Of a stretch of 64,000 nucleotides of DNA, positions 28,279 to 37,101 are shown in pieces. Source of the stretch: a virus (lineage: Duplodnaviria > Caudoviricetes); the IMG/VR virus record IMGVR_UViG_2919450847_000004, positions 5,017-69,016 of that record. One strand, given 5' to 3'. The stretch's first letter is position 1. Each line of letters opens with the position of its first letter. A program made the translations under genes and the position numbers. Below the pieces are notes generated by a model. The model did no database searches and had not been told where the DNA came from. It worked only from the letters and a program-made list of their open reading frames with translations.

Positions 28279-29295
28279 TCACGCTGAATCCCCTGCCGCC
28301 CGCTGAAGCAGGTCAGGCCCGTCGCGGCTCGGCGGCCATTCACTCGGCAAGTAGCGACCTGTGACCTCGCGGTCACGGCCGGCGAATGGCGCGGCGCGGT
28401 ACACAATGGCCCGCAGCGGAAATCCAGCCTCGCTGGCTACTGCCTGCCATGCCGCCCAAGCACCCGTTCCATGCTCCACCAGAACGCCGCCGGAGAAGCC
28501 CGGCGACAGGGTGCGCCGAAGTGCTGCCACGGCCGGGCTGTCGGGGGGCCGAACGACGGATCCGGTGCTGAAATTGTCGAAGATGCGCCGACTCAAATAG
28601 GCCGACGGGTCAAGCATCTTGCGTGCCTTGGGCCGCTCCGAGCGGCAAGCGGAACGGTATGGCTCGATCGACGCCATCGCCTTCTGCCGATCATCGGGCG
28701 AGAGCTTTCGCCAACGTCGCCGCGCCGTGACCTTCGACGCCGTTGGAGGCGGAGCATATCGAGCGAAGAACGCCTCGAACTCCTCATCCCGATCGGTGTC
28801 TATCCCGCCAACCGCCCCCTTGGGGGCTATGGGGGATATTTTCTCTCTTTCCGTATTTGCTTCTTCTATATGCACAACCGGCTTTGCCGCGCGCGGCTTT
28901 TCAGGCTGTGGCCGGTACTTAGGTGTCGGATGAGCCACAACCGGATTTTCAGGCTGTGGCTCGGTCTCCGAGTTGACCTCGGAAGCACTATCCGTAGTGT
29001 CGTTCGGTTCGTCATACACAACATAGTCGATCCCGTTGAAAGCCCTAGTGACGGGGTCGCGCGTGCGTTCTCGTTTTATCCACCCGGCATCCACCAACTC
29101 GGCAACGACGCGCTGCGTCTTGTCCCGGCCGATGCGAAACCGCTCGCTGAGGTGCGACAGCTCGACGTTCCACGCCTCTGGCCGGCTGCGCAGATAGACA
29201 AGCACGCCGAGCGCCTCTGGCGAAAGGCGGTCGTCTTCCACCACGGCGTTCGGCAGCACGGTGAAGTTTCGGTTGTAGCGGCGGCGGATGATCAC
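28279..29295 (-). CDS. Phage replication initiator (N-terminal wHTH, O-like)
   Basis: NFTVLPNAVVEDDRLSPEALGVLVYLRS.P..W...L.ERF.IGRD...ELV.AGWI. Confidence 0.8.
   Translation of the reverse strand: MIIRRRYNRNFTVLPNAVVEDDRLSPEALGVLVYLRSRPEAWNVELSHLSERFRIGRDKTQRVVAELVDAGWIKRERTRDPVTRAFNGIDYVVYDEPNDTTDSASEVNSETEPQPENPVVAHPTPKYRPQPEKPRAAKPVVHIEEANTEREKISPIAPKGAVGGIDTDRDEEFEAFFARYAPPPTASKVTARRRWRKLSPDDRQKAMASIEPYRSACRSERPKARKMLDPSAYLSRRIFDNFSTGSVVRPPDSPAVAALRRTLSPGFSGGVLVEHGTGAWAAWQAVASEAGFPLRAIVYRAAPFAGRDREVTGRYLPSEWPPSRDGPDLLQRAAGDSA
28873..28962. repeat. Iteron-like repeats (probable origin) inside the replication gene
   Basis: CACAACCGG x2 (28873, 28936), TTTTCAGGCTGTGGC x2 (28898, 28946), GAGCCACA/TGTGGCTC inverted repeat; AT-rich tract at about 28835-28870. 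Confidence 0.6.
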
Positions 29296-29735
29296 TGGGA
29301 CGCCTCCCAGCGCAACTTGTCGAACAGAGGTCCCTCTTCGCGCGGTCGCGAGGGCGTGTTCCAGTGGCGACCCTTGACCTTGCCGACGACGCGGAAGCCT
29401 GCCCCGCGGAGGGATGAACCGCCTTCGCTGGCCAGCGTATAGGTGACTACCTTGCGAAACCCGCGTGAGAATGCCGCTCGGCAGGCGGCGCCCTTAACGA
29501 ATGACACCGCGTTCCGGGTGCCATCGGTCGCCACGCGCAATATCTCCACGGTCAGGCCATCCTGAAGATGCCGCGCGACCGGGCGGCCAACGATGGACAC
29601 GCCAACGAGCCGCCCATCCAATTCCGCACCGGTCGACCAGAGGTGACCGACGACCGGATCATTGTGACGATGGTGCTGATCGACAAAGGCATTCGCCTCA
29701 TCGAGGGACAGCGGAACAAGGGTGAGGTGGCTCAT
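29292..29735 (-). CDS. XF1762-family protein (GNAT-like, Mom-like)
   Basis: LSLDEANAFV.QHHRH...VGVSIVGRPVARHL..G.TVEILRVATDGTRNAVSF...VTYTLASEGGSSLRGAGF. Confidence 0.75.
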   Translation of the reverse strand: MSHLTLVPLSLDEANAFVDQHHRHNDPVVGHLWSTGAELDGRLVGVSIVGRPVARHLQDGLTVEILRVATDGTRNAVSFVKGAACRAAFSRGFRKVVTYTLASEGGSSLRGAGFRVVGKVKGRHWNTPSRPREEGPLFDKLRWEASQ

Positions 29736-30652
29736 AACCCGCACCCCGCTTCGCAGACCATAAGCATGCCTTGGCCGGCTTCCTCGTCGGTGCGCAGGTC
29801 GACCTGATCGAGAGGAACGCGATCCCGATGCAGGAACTCCTGCTCGCGCATGCCGGGCGTGGTGCGGATCAGGCGGTCGATCTCGACCGCGTCCGCCCAT
29901 GCCTTCGGGTCGTTGTCGCGAAGCCAGCGCCATTCCGCATTCGTCTTGTAGGGGCAGTAGATGCATGCGCTCTTGGGCGGCACGGGAAAGCCGTGGCCTT
30001 CCAGCCACGACACGCAATCGCGCCGCGACATCCGCTTTTCTAACAGCGGATAGCGGTTCACAGTCCATGACGTGAAGGCCGCCCCTGCGCGCACTACTTC
30101 GTCAGTCGAAATGCCGATCCAAACCTCGCACGAACCGGCCGGGATGCGCTGGCGCGCCGCATAGCCAAGCAGTTCGCGCTGTTTCTTCTCCAGCGGCTCG
30201 ATCTTGAACTCGCGCGTGCACTGGCGCTTTCCCTGCCCACCACGACCGTCCTTGCCGCCGGAGGTGAAGAATGGCGCAGAGACGAAGCGATCATTGTTGA
30301 GCACGCCGCGCCCGGCTGCCCGATTGCGGATGCGATCGGACAGCCGGCCACCTCGGCTGACGGTGTGCGTCTCCACACGGCCGTTGCTGTAGCGACGCAC
30401 CTGCGCGTCGAGCCATTCGAGGTGGCGATAGGTCGCCTCGCTCTCGTCACCGGGATCGGCGTTGATGATGTGGTCGACCCACGGCAGTTCGCCGACGCAC
30501 ATCATCATGATCAACGCCGAGGACTGAATGCCGCCGCCGTTCGACATGACGCGCAGATTGGCGCCTTCGACCGGCCCCCAAGACCATCCACCACGACGGA
30601 CACGGGGACGCTTTGGGCCGGGAGGAGTGGTGAGTGCGAATTGCTCCGTCAC
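29732..30652 (-). CDS. PAPS-reductase-family (PP-loop/AANH) protein with Cys clusters
   Basis: SNGGGIQSSAL PP-loop variant, ADPGDES, RQCT..FKI.P, WIGIS.DE, YPLL, KSACIYCPY. Confidence 0.85.
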   Translation of the reverse strand: MTEQFALTTPPGPKRPRVRRGGWSWGPVEGANLRVMSNGGGIQSSALIMMMCVGELPWVDHIINADPGDESEATYRHLEWLDAQVRRYSNGRVETHTVSRGGRLSDRIRNRAAGRGVLNNDRFVSAPFFTSGGKDGRGGQGKRQCTREFKIEPLEKKQRELLGYAARQRIPAGSCEVWIGISTDEVVRAGAAFTSWTVNRYPLLEKRMSRRDCVSWLEGHGFPVPPKSACIYCPYKTNAEWRWLRDNDPKAWADAVEIDRLIRTTPGMREQEFLHRDRVPLDQVDLRTDEEAGQGMLMVCEAGCGL

Positions 30653-32301
30653 TCTGCCGCCCTCCGGCTGAGGTAACTCTCGGCAAGCGCGCGGATGCGG
30701 CTGTCGTCGGAATGCACCTGGACGATGCCCTTGCCGGGATCGACGATGCCCTGCGCCTGGCTGGACTTGAGCCCGAGCGTCGACACCACCAGCGGATCAG
30801 AGCCACCATTGGCGTGCAGGTAGATGCCGGTGACCTCCCGCGTCTGGCCTGGGCGATCGAGGCGGCCGAAGATCTGCTCATGCACTTTGGGCGACCAATC
30901 GAGCTCGCCGATGACGACGGTACGGCAGCGATGCTGCAGGCCGTCGAGACCGGCGCCGGACCGCAGGGAGATGATCATCAGGTCGGTCTCGCCGCTGATG
31001 AACGCCGCCTTCGCCTTGTCCTTCTGGGTGGTGCTCTCGGTGCCGGTGTAGAGCCGCGGCTTGAAATCCTTCAGCTCCTTCAGCCAGATGTCGTAGACGT
31101 CGCGGTGCCAGCCGGCCAGCAGCACCGGCTCGCCGGCTTCCAGCAGCATGCGGACATAGGCGGCGACATGGCGGGCCTTGGCGGTGCCGGTCACCATGCG
31201 GGCGAAGGCATCGAGCTCGCGCGCCGCCTGGCCGCGCTCGGCGAAGCTGCCGGACACGACCTTCATGGCGAGCGTGCGCATCAATGACAGAGCGTCGGCC
31301 TCGACCTCTTCGTCATAGTCGACCTCGACGGTGAGGGTGTTGATTGGCGCCCCGGTGCGCTCGCGCCGCAGCACCAGCTGCAGTTCGCGCAGATAGGTGC
31401 CGAGCGCATCGGGATCCTTGACGATCCACTTGCCGTTCTTGCCGGTGCACCACTCGCGGATGAAATCGTCCTGGGCGCCCAACGCACCCGGCTCGATGGC
31501 CTCGACGACGTTGAAGATCTCGCCGCCGTAATTGTAGACCGGCGTCGCCGAGAGGCCGATGCGCAAGCCGGCCGCCGCGGTGAATATCGCCGCGGCGCTG
31601 CCCTTGCCGGTCTTCCGGCCGTGACGAAGCTCCTGCACCTCGTCATATACGACGGCCTTGAACAGGCCGGTCCTGGCGACGTCGACCCATCCGATGATGT
31701 TCGAATAGCTGAAGACGTAGATGTCCGCCTCCGGCAGGTCGTAGGGGCGACCGCCCTTGATGATGTGCGCGCGCAGGTGGGTGAACTTCTCTATGTATTC
31801 CTTCACCCATTGGGTGCGCAGGTGCGGCTGCACGACGATGGCCGCCGGCAGGTGCTCGCCATCGACCAGCGCGCCGAGCGCCGACACGGTCTTGCCGAGC
31901 CCGACGTCATCGAGAAGCAGGAGGCGCTTCTTGAGCCTCGCCAGCTCTACGGCCTGCGCCTGATAGCGATAGAGTTCCCTGCCCTCCCGGAAGCCGGCCG
32001 CCGCCGGCGGAGACCAATCCGGCATGAGGATCCGCTCGACATCGTCGCGTGCCGTGGCGAAGGCCCGGCAGCCGCCGAGCAGGCGCTCGCGGTCGGCATC
32101 GGCGATGTCCATGGGATAGCGGTGCAGGAACCATTCGAGGTCCGTCGCGGTCGCTTCCGTCGCGGGGAAGAAGAACGGCCCGGCCGAGCCCTTGTGGATG
32201 TGTGGGAACATGGCCTTGAGCCGGATGGCGACATGCGGCTCCAGCTTCTCCATGCGCCAGCGCGCGCCGTCGAAGGCTATCTGCCCATAGGTGCGGATCA
32301 C
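30649..32301 (-). CDS. SNF2-like SF2 helicase
   Basis: DDVGLGKT, YDEVQEL, LSATP, GLDGLQ, QIFGRLDRPGQ. Confidence 0.9.
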   Translation of the reverse strand: MIRTYGQIAFDGARWRMEKLEPHVAIRLKAMFPHIHKGSAGPFFFPATEATATDLEWFLHRYPMDIADADRERLLGGCRAFATARDDVERILMPDWSPPAAAGFREGRELYRYQAQAVELARLKKRLLLLDDVGLGKTVSALGALVDGEHLPAAIVVQPHLRTQWVKEYIEKFTHLRAHIIKGGRPYDLPEADIYVFSYSNIIGWVDVARTGLFKAVVYDEVQELRHGRKTGKGSAAAIFTAAAGLRIGLSATPVYNYGGEIFNVVEAIEPGALGAQDDFIREWCTGKNGKWIVKDPDALGTYLRELQLVLRRERTGAPINTLTVEVDYDEEVEADALSLMRTLAMKVVSGSFAERGQAARELDAFARMVTGTAKARHVAAYVRMLLEAGEPVLLAGWHRDVYDIWLKELKDFKPRLYTGTESTTQKDKAKAAFISGETDLMIISLRSGAGLDGLQHRCRTVVIGELDWSPKVHEQIFGRLDRPGQTREVTGIYLHANGGSDPLVVSTLGLKSSQAQGIVDPGKGIVQVHSDDSRIRALAESYLSRRAAE

Positions 32302-32657
32302 AGCCAGGCCCTCCCCAGATTGAAGACGGCCGTCGGCTTGCCGGCGAGCGCCGGGGGAAAGCCCATCGCGACGTTGGTCACCAGCAGAACGGCGCTGACA
32401 CATTCGTGGGCGGCGTAGCGCTCGCATTGGCGCAGGATGGCGCGGCGCTGGCCCTTAATCTTCACTTCGACAGCCGTGCCGCCGATCATGAAGTCCACGA
32501 TGTCGCCCGGGGCGAGCGTCACCTCGCGGCGGAATTCCAGCCCGGCCGAAGTGAAGCGCTCTGCCATGGCCGCCTGGAGCTCCTTCTCATCGTGGAGAGG
32601 AAACCGGACGCCGGTGAGCGTGCGATAGATCGGAATCGTCCCTCCGGTCAGCGTCAC
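32298..32657 (-). CDS. PD-(D/E)xK nuclease-like protein
   Basis: EKELQ...REV...IVDF...VEVK...QCERY; coupled to the helicase. Confidence 0.7.
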   Translation of the reverse strand: MTLTGGTIPIYRTLTGVRFPLHDEKELQAAMAERFTSAGLEFRREVTLAPGDIVDFMIGGTAVEVKIKGQRRAILRQCERYAAHECVSAVLLVTNVAMGFPPALAGKPTAVFNLGRAWL

Positions 32658-32965
32658 CTCGCGCCTCCTTCAAGGATGCGGTCGAGGAGGATGCCGACAA
32701 GGCCCAGCGAGGCGCCGGCGGCGTTCTGCCGGATGCTCTTGCGTAGCGTCTCCGGCGTGACGCCGTGCTGGAGCGCCAGTGAGATGCTTACAGCTGCATC
32801 GGACGCGAAGATTTCGGCATCCGAGCCGATCTTGGTGCCGTCGATGAACACCTCGCCGACACGGCCGTCGTCGTAATAGCCGAAGGTCACGGTGTAGCGG
32901 ATGCCGGCAACCACGATCTCGAAGGCCTCGGAGGAGCGGCGGTCCGGAAGTCGCTCGCGCGTCAT
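32654..32965 (-). CDS. Stand-alone TSCPD domain (C-terminal domain of class II ribonucleotide reductase)
   Basis: RERLPDRR...YTVT.G.Y.DGR.GEVFID..K.GS...AVSISLALQHGV. Confidence 0.8.
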   Translation of the reverse strand: MTRERLPDRRSSEAFEIVVAGIRYTVTFGYYDDGRVGEVFIDGTKIGSDAEIFASDAAVSISLALQHGVTPETLRKSIRQNAAGASLGLVGILLDRILEGGAR

Positions 32966-33567
32966 GCCGCCACCTCGCCGAACTTGTCGGTTTCATTGCC
33001 CCAGCAGTCCCACCCCTCCCGGCGCTGGCGGGCGAATATCTCGACATAGGGGCCGGGCGCGAATTTCTGCACCCGTTCGTAGAACTCCTCGGGCTTTCGG
33101 CTGTGCTCGCGCCGCGCCGACAGGATCACCTCGAACACGCTGGCGCTGAGGCGCTTCGGCTTGCCTATCCTCGCCAGCAGGCAGAACTCGGCATTCTTCC
33201 GCGTCGTGTAGCCCTGCCCGACATGGAAGCAGTTGCGCGGATAGAAGAGCGGCTCGCCGGCGCGGCCGAACCGCAGATGCGTTTTCAGCCAGACGAAGCC
33301 CATGCCGGAATAGCGAAAGCGATAGGCCTTCAGGATGGTGAAGGCCTTCGGCAGCTTCGGCCCCGTCGTCCAGAAGAACAGCCAGCAACCAGCAGGATCT
33401 GCCAGGGCGCGCACCGGCAACGCGGCGATGTCGTCATCGGTCATCCGCTTGTAGTGCTGCGGCCGGCGCTTGGTGCCGGCGACGAACTTGTGCGGCGCGT
33501 CGATGCAGATCACGCGATAGCCGGGCGACATGCCTTCGAACGGGCCGAGATCGATGGGGCGGGTCAT
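32962..33567 (-). CDS. MT-A70-family adenine methyltransferase
   Basis: YRVICIDAPH, Y..M...DIAALPV, FVWLK, TRKNAEFCLL, HSRKPEEFY, VEIFARQ.R.GWD.WGNE. Confidence 0.88.
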   Translation of the reverse strand: MTRPIDLGPFEGMSPGYRVICIDAPHKFVAGTKRRPQHYKRMTDDDIAALPVRALADPAGCWLFFWTTGPKLPKAFTILKAYRFRYSGMGFVWLKTHLRFGRAGEPLFYPRNCFHVGQGYTTRKNAEFCLLARIGKPKRLSASVFEVILSARREHSRKPEEFYERVQKFAPGPYVEIFARQRREGWDCWGNETDKFGEVAA

Positions 33568-33749
33568 CAAGAGGGCTTCCTCCGAGCCCGGAACCACACG
33601 CCGCACACCGCCGAGCGGGTCATGCCGAACCGCTTTGCGACTTCCGAGGACGTGCACGTGCCGCGCAACATGATGATGGCCCTGCGCTCTTCGGCCGTGC
33701 GCTTGGCGCCGGTCTGCCACACGTCGGCTTTCCAGGGGATCTGGCTCAT
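33567..33749 (-). CDS. Small HTH protein, GcrA N-terminal-like
   Basis: TSSEVAKRFGMTRSAVCGVWFR resembles GcrA S.SQIA..LG.TRNAVIGK.HR. Confidence 0.55.
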   Translation of the reverse strand: MSQIPWKADVWQTGAKRTAEERRAIIMLRGTCTSSEVAKRFGMTRSAVCGVWFRARRKPS

Positions 33750-33827
33750 TCGGTCACCCGAATGCCTGCCCTGGTCGCCGGGATGTCGGAGGTGGCCGGG
33801 GGAGTTGGAGAGATCCATGCCGGCACC

Positions 33828-34805
33828 TCAATGCTGCAGGAAGGCGATGCGCCGGCGGCTTTGCCAGCACAGCGCACAGGTGGAACAGGAATCGGTCTTG
33901 CCGACCTGCTGCGGGCACAGCACGGCGTCGGCGGGGACCTGGCGGGGATGTTCGACGGTGACGGTGGCGCACTCGTCCACCGGCGCATTGGAGAAGCGAA
34001 TGGCGAAGCGATCCCAGCGCGCCAGCACCAGCCGCACCAGTGCGGAAGCTATGGGATCGCGACGGCCGTCGATGCGAGCGGTGAAGCCGAAGACATGCAG
34101 CGCCGGAAATCGGTCGATGAACGCCGCCCAGAGGTCGACATAGGCGACCGAGTAGAAGTCGCCGAGCACGTGCAGGCGCACCGCGAAGCCGGCCGGATGA
34201 CGCGACTGAAGCACCGCGAGTTCATGCCCGAGGCGATCCTCCAACGCCCTGCCGGCCTGCACCCGCTTGGCGTGGTGCATGTTGTTGCCGTAGCAGCTGC
34301 GCCAATGCCGGCAGCTATCCGGGCAGGTCGCCCTCTCTTCCAGCGTGAGTGTGTAGACCGGGAAGCCGGCCCAGGCGCCCTTGGCGATCGCGCCACCGAT
34401 CTTCCAGTGGTTGACACCCGAGACGAGCACGTTCAGCAATCTGTCGACCGGCGTGACGGTCGCTGGGTAGATGGTCCGGTCCTCGCTCAGTGCGGGATGG
34501 TCGACGGGCGGGATCCGGACGGACCGTTCGGTTGCCGTCTTAGGGGCGAAGCGGCTTGGCGGGCGCTTCTCGCCCCCCTTCGCCCGGCGCCTCAGCCCGA
34601 GCTTCGCCCGTTTCATGGCGACCAGCTGCCGCGAGCACCCGAATTCCTCCGCAATCTCGGCATCGGACTTGTCGGCCTCGAAGGCTTGGCGCAGCTCCGC
34701 GGCAGGCAGCTTCTCCCGCGGGCCGCGCCGCGCCGGCGCCGGGAATGGCACCACGGACGGTCGGTCGAGCGGGTTGAGCAGGTTCGGCAGGATCCGGCCC
34801 GTCAT
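33828..34805 (-). CDS. HTH fused to Gp88-like radical-SAM-type Fe-S domain
   Basis: SDAEIAEEFGCSRQLV HTH; TCPDSC..WRSCYG, VRLHVLGDF, C-terminal CPQQ..C.TC.LCW. Confidence 0.7.
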   Translation of the reverse strand: MTGRILPNLLNPLDRPSVVPFPAPARRGPREKLPAAELRQAFEADKSDAEIAEEFGCSRQLVAMKRAKLGLRRRAKGGEKRPPSRFAPKTATERSVRIPPVDHPALSEDRTIYPATVTPVDRLLNVLVSGVNHWKIGGAIAKGAWAGFPVYTLTLEERATCPDSCRHWRSCYGNNMHHAKRVQAGRALEDRLGHELAVLQSRHPAGFAVRLHVLGDFYSVAYVDLWAAFIDRFPALHVFGFTARIDGRRDPIASALVRLVLARWDRFAIRFSNAPVDECATVTVEHPRQVPADAVLCPQQVGKTDSCSTCALCWQSRRRIAFLQH

Positions 34806-35170
34806 GGCGTCAATCCCAGCGATCGGGCGAGTTCGGCTCGGCCGCGCAGTTCCCAGCCAAGTCCGTGCCGCGTCGTGATCACGATGCCGAAGGGCGTCAG
34901 CTTCTTGCGGATCTTGCAGATGAAGACGTCGGCGATCTTGGTATCGGGCTCATCACGGCCGTCCGCCCGATAGAGAGCGGCCATCACCGCGGCCTTGGTG
35001 GCGAGCTCGCGCTTGAGCAGCACGCCGCAGACGCAGGCCTCGCTCCTGGTCAAACGCCACTCGACCGGCGCGGGGAAGGTGACGCCGAGGACCGCTTCCA
35101 ATTGATCGATGCGCTGCCGGAGGCGGTCGTTCTCCGCCTCGAGCGCATCAGCTCGTGCGTTTGCGTCCAC
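34802..35170 (-). CDS. Receiver-less OmpR-type winged-helix regulator, CtrA DNA-binding-domain-like
   Basis: LTRSE...ALY....DEPDTKIADVFICKIRKKL...ITTRHGLGW vs CtrA DEPELKIIDVFICKLRKKL. Confidence 0.8.
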   Translation of the reverse strand: MDANARADALEAENDRLRQRIDQLEAVLGVTFPAPVEWRLTRSEACVCGVLLKRELATKAAVMAALYRADGRDEPDTKIADVFICKIRKKLTPFGIVITTRHGLGWELRGRAELARSLGLTP

Positions 35171-35987
35171 GCGACTGCCTCTTGAACCAGATGACGCCCA
35201 GCGCGCGCCAGAGCGGCACGGAATGAGCGGCGGCGAACATCTTTGCCTCCTTCTCCGCCTCGGGCCCGAGCGTCATGATGACGTCGCGGATGGCATCCGG
35301 TGTCACCTCGCCGCTGTACTCGGGATCGGTGAGCAACATCTCGACGGCCTTGACCGCCGCGGCGCTGACCGGCGCCATGCGCGCGGCGCCGAGTATTTCG
35401 AGCATCTGCCGCGCCTTCATGGCACCGCGCCGGTTGATCAGCCTGCCGATGGCGCCTACCGCCATGGTGTCGCCGGGCTTGAAGAAGCCGCTGCCGGGTG
35501 GCACGCGGAGCACCCGGATGTTCGCGCGCCGGCACACCTGGTCGATGGTCATGGCGTCGGGATCCTCAGCCGCCACCGCCGCGAAGTGCATCTGGGTGGC
35601 GGTCACCGCGATCCGGTCGCGGTTATGGCCGATGAAGGCCAACGCCCGCGCCGCGCGGCTATCCGCCTCCACGATCATGATCGGGATTGACGATATGGCC
35701 GGGTGCGTCGCCGCGGCGATCGCGGTGTGCTGGCCGTCGATGATGTCAAAGCCTTCCGGCGTCTCGACAACGATCGGACATTTGAACCGCCGCCAGTCCC
35801 AGTCGGCCACGATGCGGCGGATGAGGTGTACGGACCGCTCCGACAGATTGCGCTGGTAGCTTTCGTCGACGAACAGCGTCGTCGGATCGACCCACCGGAA
35901 TTCCGGCTGTTGCGCCAGCTCCGGCTCGCCACCAGGTTCGATGCCCGGCACTCCAATGGGCTGAATTGGTCGACGCGCGCCGCTCAT
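35148..35987 (-). CDS. ParB/Srx-like (DUF6551, DGQH-motif) protein
   Basis: LFVDESYQRNL...WDWRRF..PIV...IIDGQHTAIAA. Confidence 0.75.
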   Translation of the reverse strand: MSGARRPIQPIGVPGIEPGGEPELAQQPEFRWVDPTTLFVDESYQRNLSERSVHLIRRIVADWDWRRFKCPIVVETPEGFDIIDGQHTAIAAATHPAISSIPIMIVEADSRAARALAFIGHNRDRIAVTATQMHFAAVAAEDPDAMTIDQVCRRANIRVLRVPPGSGFFKPGDTMAVGAIGRLINRRGAMKARQMLEILGAARMAPVSAAAVKAVEMLLTDPEYSGEVTPDAIRDVIMTLGPEAEKEAKMFAAAHSVPLWRALGVIWFKRQSRGRKRTS

Positions 35988-35989
35988 GG

Positions 35990-36271
35990 CTACGCGCCCA
36001 CCATGCCGAGCGCCTGAAGGTACAGGTCAAGGATCGCCTCGTGCTCGGCGCGCTGGTCGGCGTCCTGCTTGCGGATCTTCAGGATCTCGCGCAGCGCCTT
36101 GACGTCGAAGCCGGTTCCCTTGGCTTCGGCGAACACCTCCTTGATGTCCTCGGAAATGGTCTTCTTCTCTTCCTCGAGACGCTCGATGCGCTCGATGAAG
36201 GATTTCAGCTGCTCCTTGGCGAAGCCGGCCGCGGCGTCGGACAAGGGTTGATCGTTGGGTATGTCGGACAT
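35990..36271 (-). CDS. gapR: GapR/DUF2312 (UPF0335) nucleoid-associated protein homolog
   Basis: [48 protein letters not shown]...[13 protein letters not shown]. Confidence 0.93.
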   Translation of the reverse strand: MSDIPNDQPLSDAAAGFAKEQLKSFIERIERLEEEKKTISEDIKEVFAEAKGTGFDVKALREILKIRKQDADQRAEHEAILDLYLQALGMVGA

Positions 36272-36349
36272 GCGTTCTCTCCCGGCCGCGTGCGGCCCTA
36301 TGCCGAAGAAGGTCCGGAGCCAGGGCGGGCGCCGGGATGAAGCGGCCCT

Positions 36350-36733
36350 TCAGCCCTCGAGGCAGCAGGCCGCGGGCGAGCTGATCCCCGACGGGCCGGC
36401 CATCTGCCGTCGCCAATCGAAGCGAGCGCGATCGAGGATGTGAGGCCGGATATCCGGCGGCGGGCATCGGTGCTCGCTGCGCAACGCGGCCAGCAATCGA
36501 TCTGTGCCGGCCTGCTGACAATTGACGGCGGTCCTGCCGGCATCCATGGGATCGAAGGCAAGCCCAAGGCGACGGGCGCGGTCTGCGACGGCACATGGCG
36601 ATATGCGCTGGAATCGCGCGCTGAGCTCGCGGGAGGCGGCGACGAAGGTCATGTCGCGCGCCATCATCTCGGTCAGGGCATCATCCATACCGGCCGGCCA
36701 TGGGCGGATGCGGTAGGGCCCCCGCCTATTCAT
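36350..36733 (-). CDS. Hypothetical HTH protein (GcrA/Myb-like N-terminus)
   Basis: WPAGMDDAL...ASRELS.RF...S.CAVADRARRLGL. Confidence 0.5.
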   Translation of the reverse strand: MNRRGPYRIRPWPAGMDDALTEMMARDMTFVAASRELSARFQRISPCAVADRARRLGLAFDPMDAGRTAVNCQQAGTDRLLAALRSEHRCPPPDIRPHILDRARFDWRRQMAGPSGISSPAACCLEG

Positions 36734-37101
36734 CGGCGCGCCTCCGCACCCAACGCGGCACGAGCCGCCGCAATGTGCGCATCCACCTCCGCCAGGTCGC
36801 GTGTCGAGCTGTGGCCAGCTTGTGCCGCAATGACAGCTCGCTCGTGCTCGAGCTTGGCGATTTCGGCACAGAGCCACCTGTCGGCGGCCGCCAGGAGCGT
36901 TCTGTAGACATGAGCTTTGATCGCCTTGATGCGCCGGCGGCGGATGTTCTCCAGCGTGCCGACGGCGAGGCCGACATGACGCGCCACGATGGGGCGGACT
37001 TCTGAGACTGAAAGGCCGGTGCGCGCCGCCTCCGCCTTCTCCAGGCGGATGACCAGCGCCGCGGCGTAGTCTTCGTCACGAAGGGGCTTCAGATGGATCA
37101 T
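36730..37101 (-). CDS. Hypothetical DNA-binding protein (cII position)
   Basis: VARHVGLAVGTLENIRRRRIK HTH-like; third gene downstream of cro. Confidence 0.6.
   Translation of the reverse strand: MIHLKPLRDEDYAAALVIRLEKAEAARTGLSVSEVRPIVARHVGLAVGTLENIRRRRIKAIKAHVYRTLLAAADRWLCAEIAKLEHERAVIAAQAGHSSTRDLAEVDAHIAAARAALGAEARR

Noticed and set aside
29732-35987. Dnd/Ssp phosphorothioation system (DndC-like plus DGQH protein)
   Set aside because: No DndD/DndE, SspB/C or cysteine desulfurase is visible; the two genes are 4.5 kb apart and both families are common singly in phages
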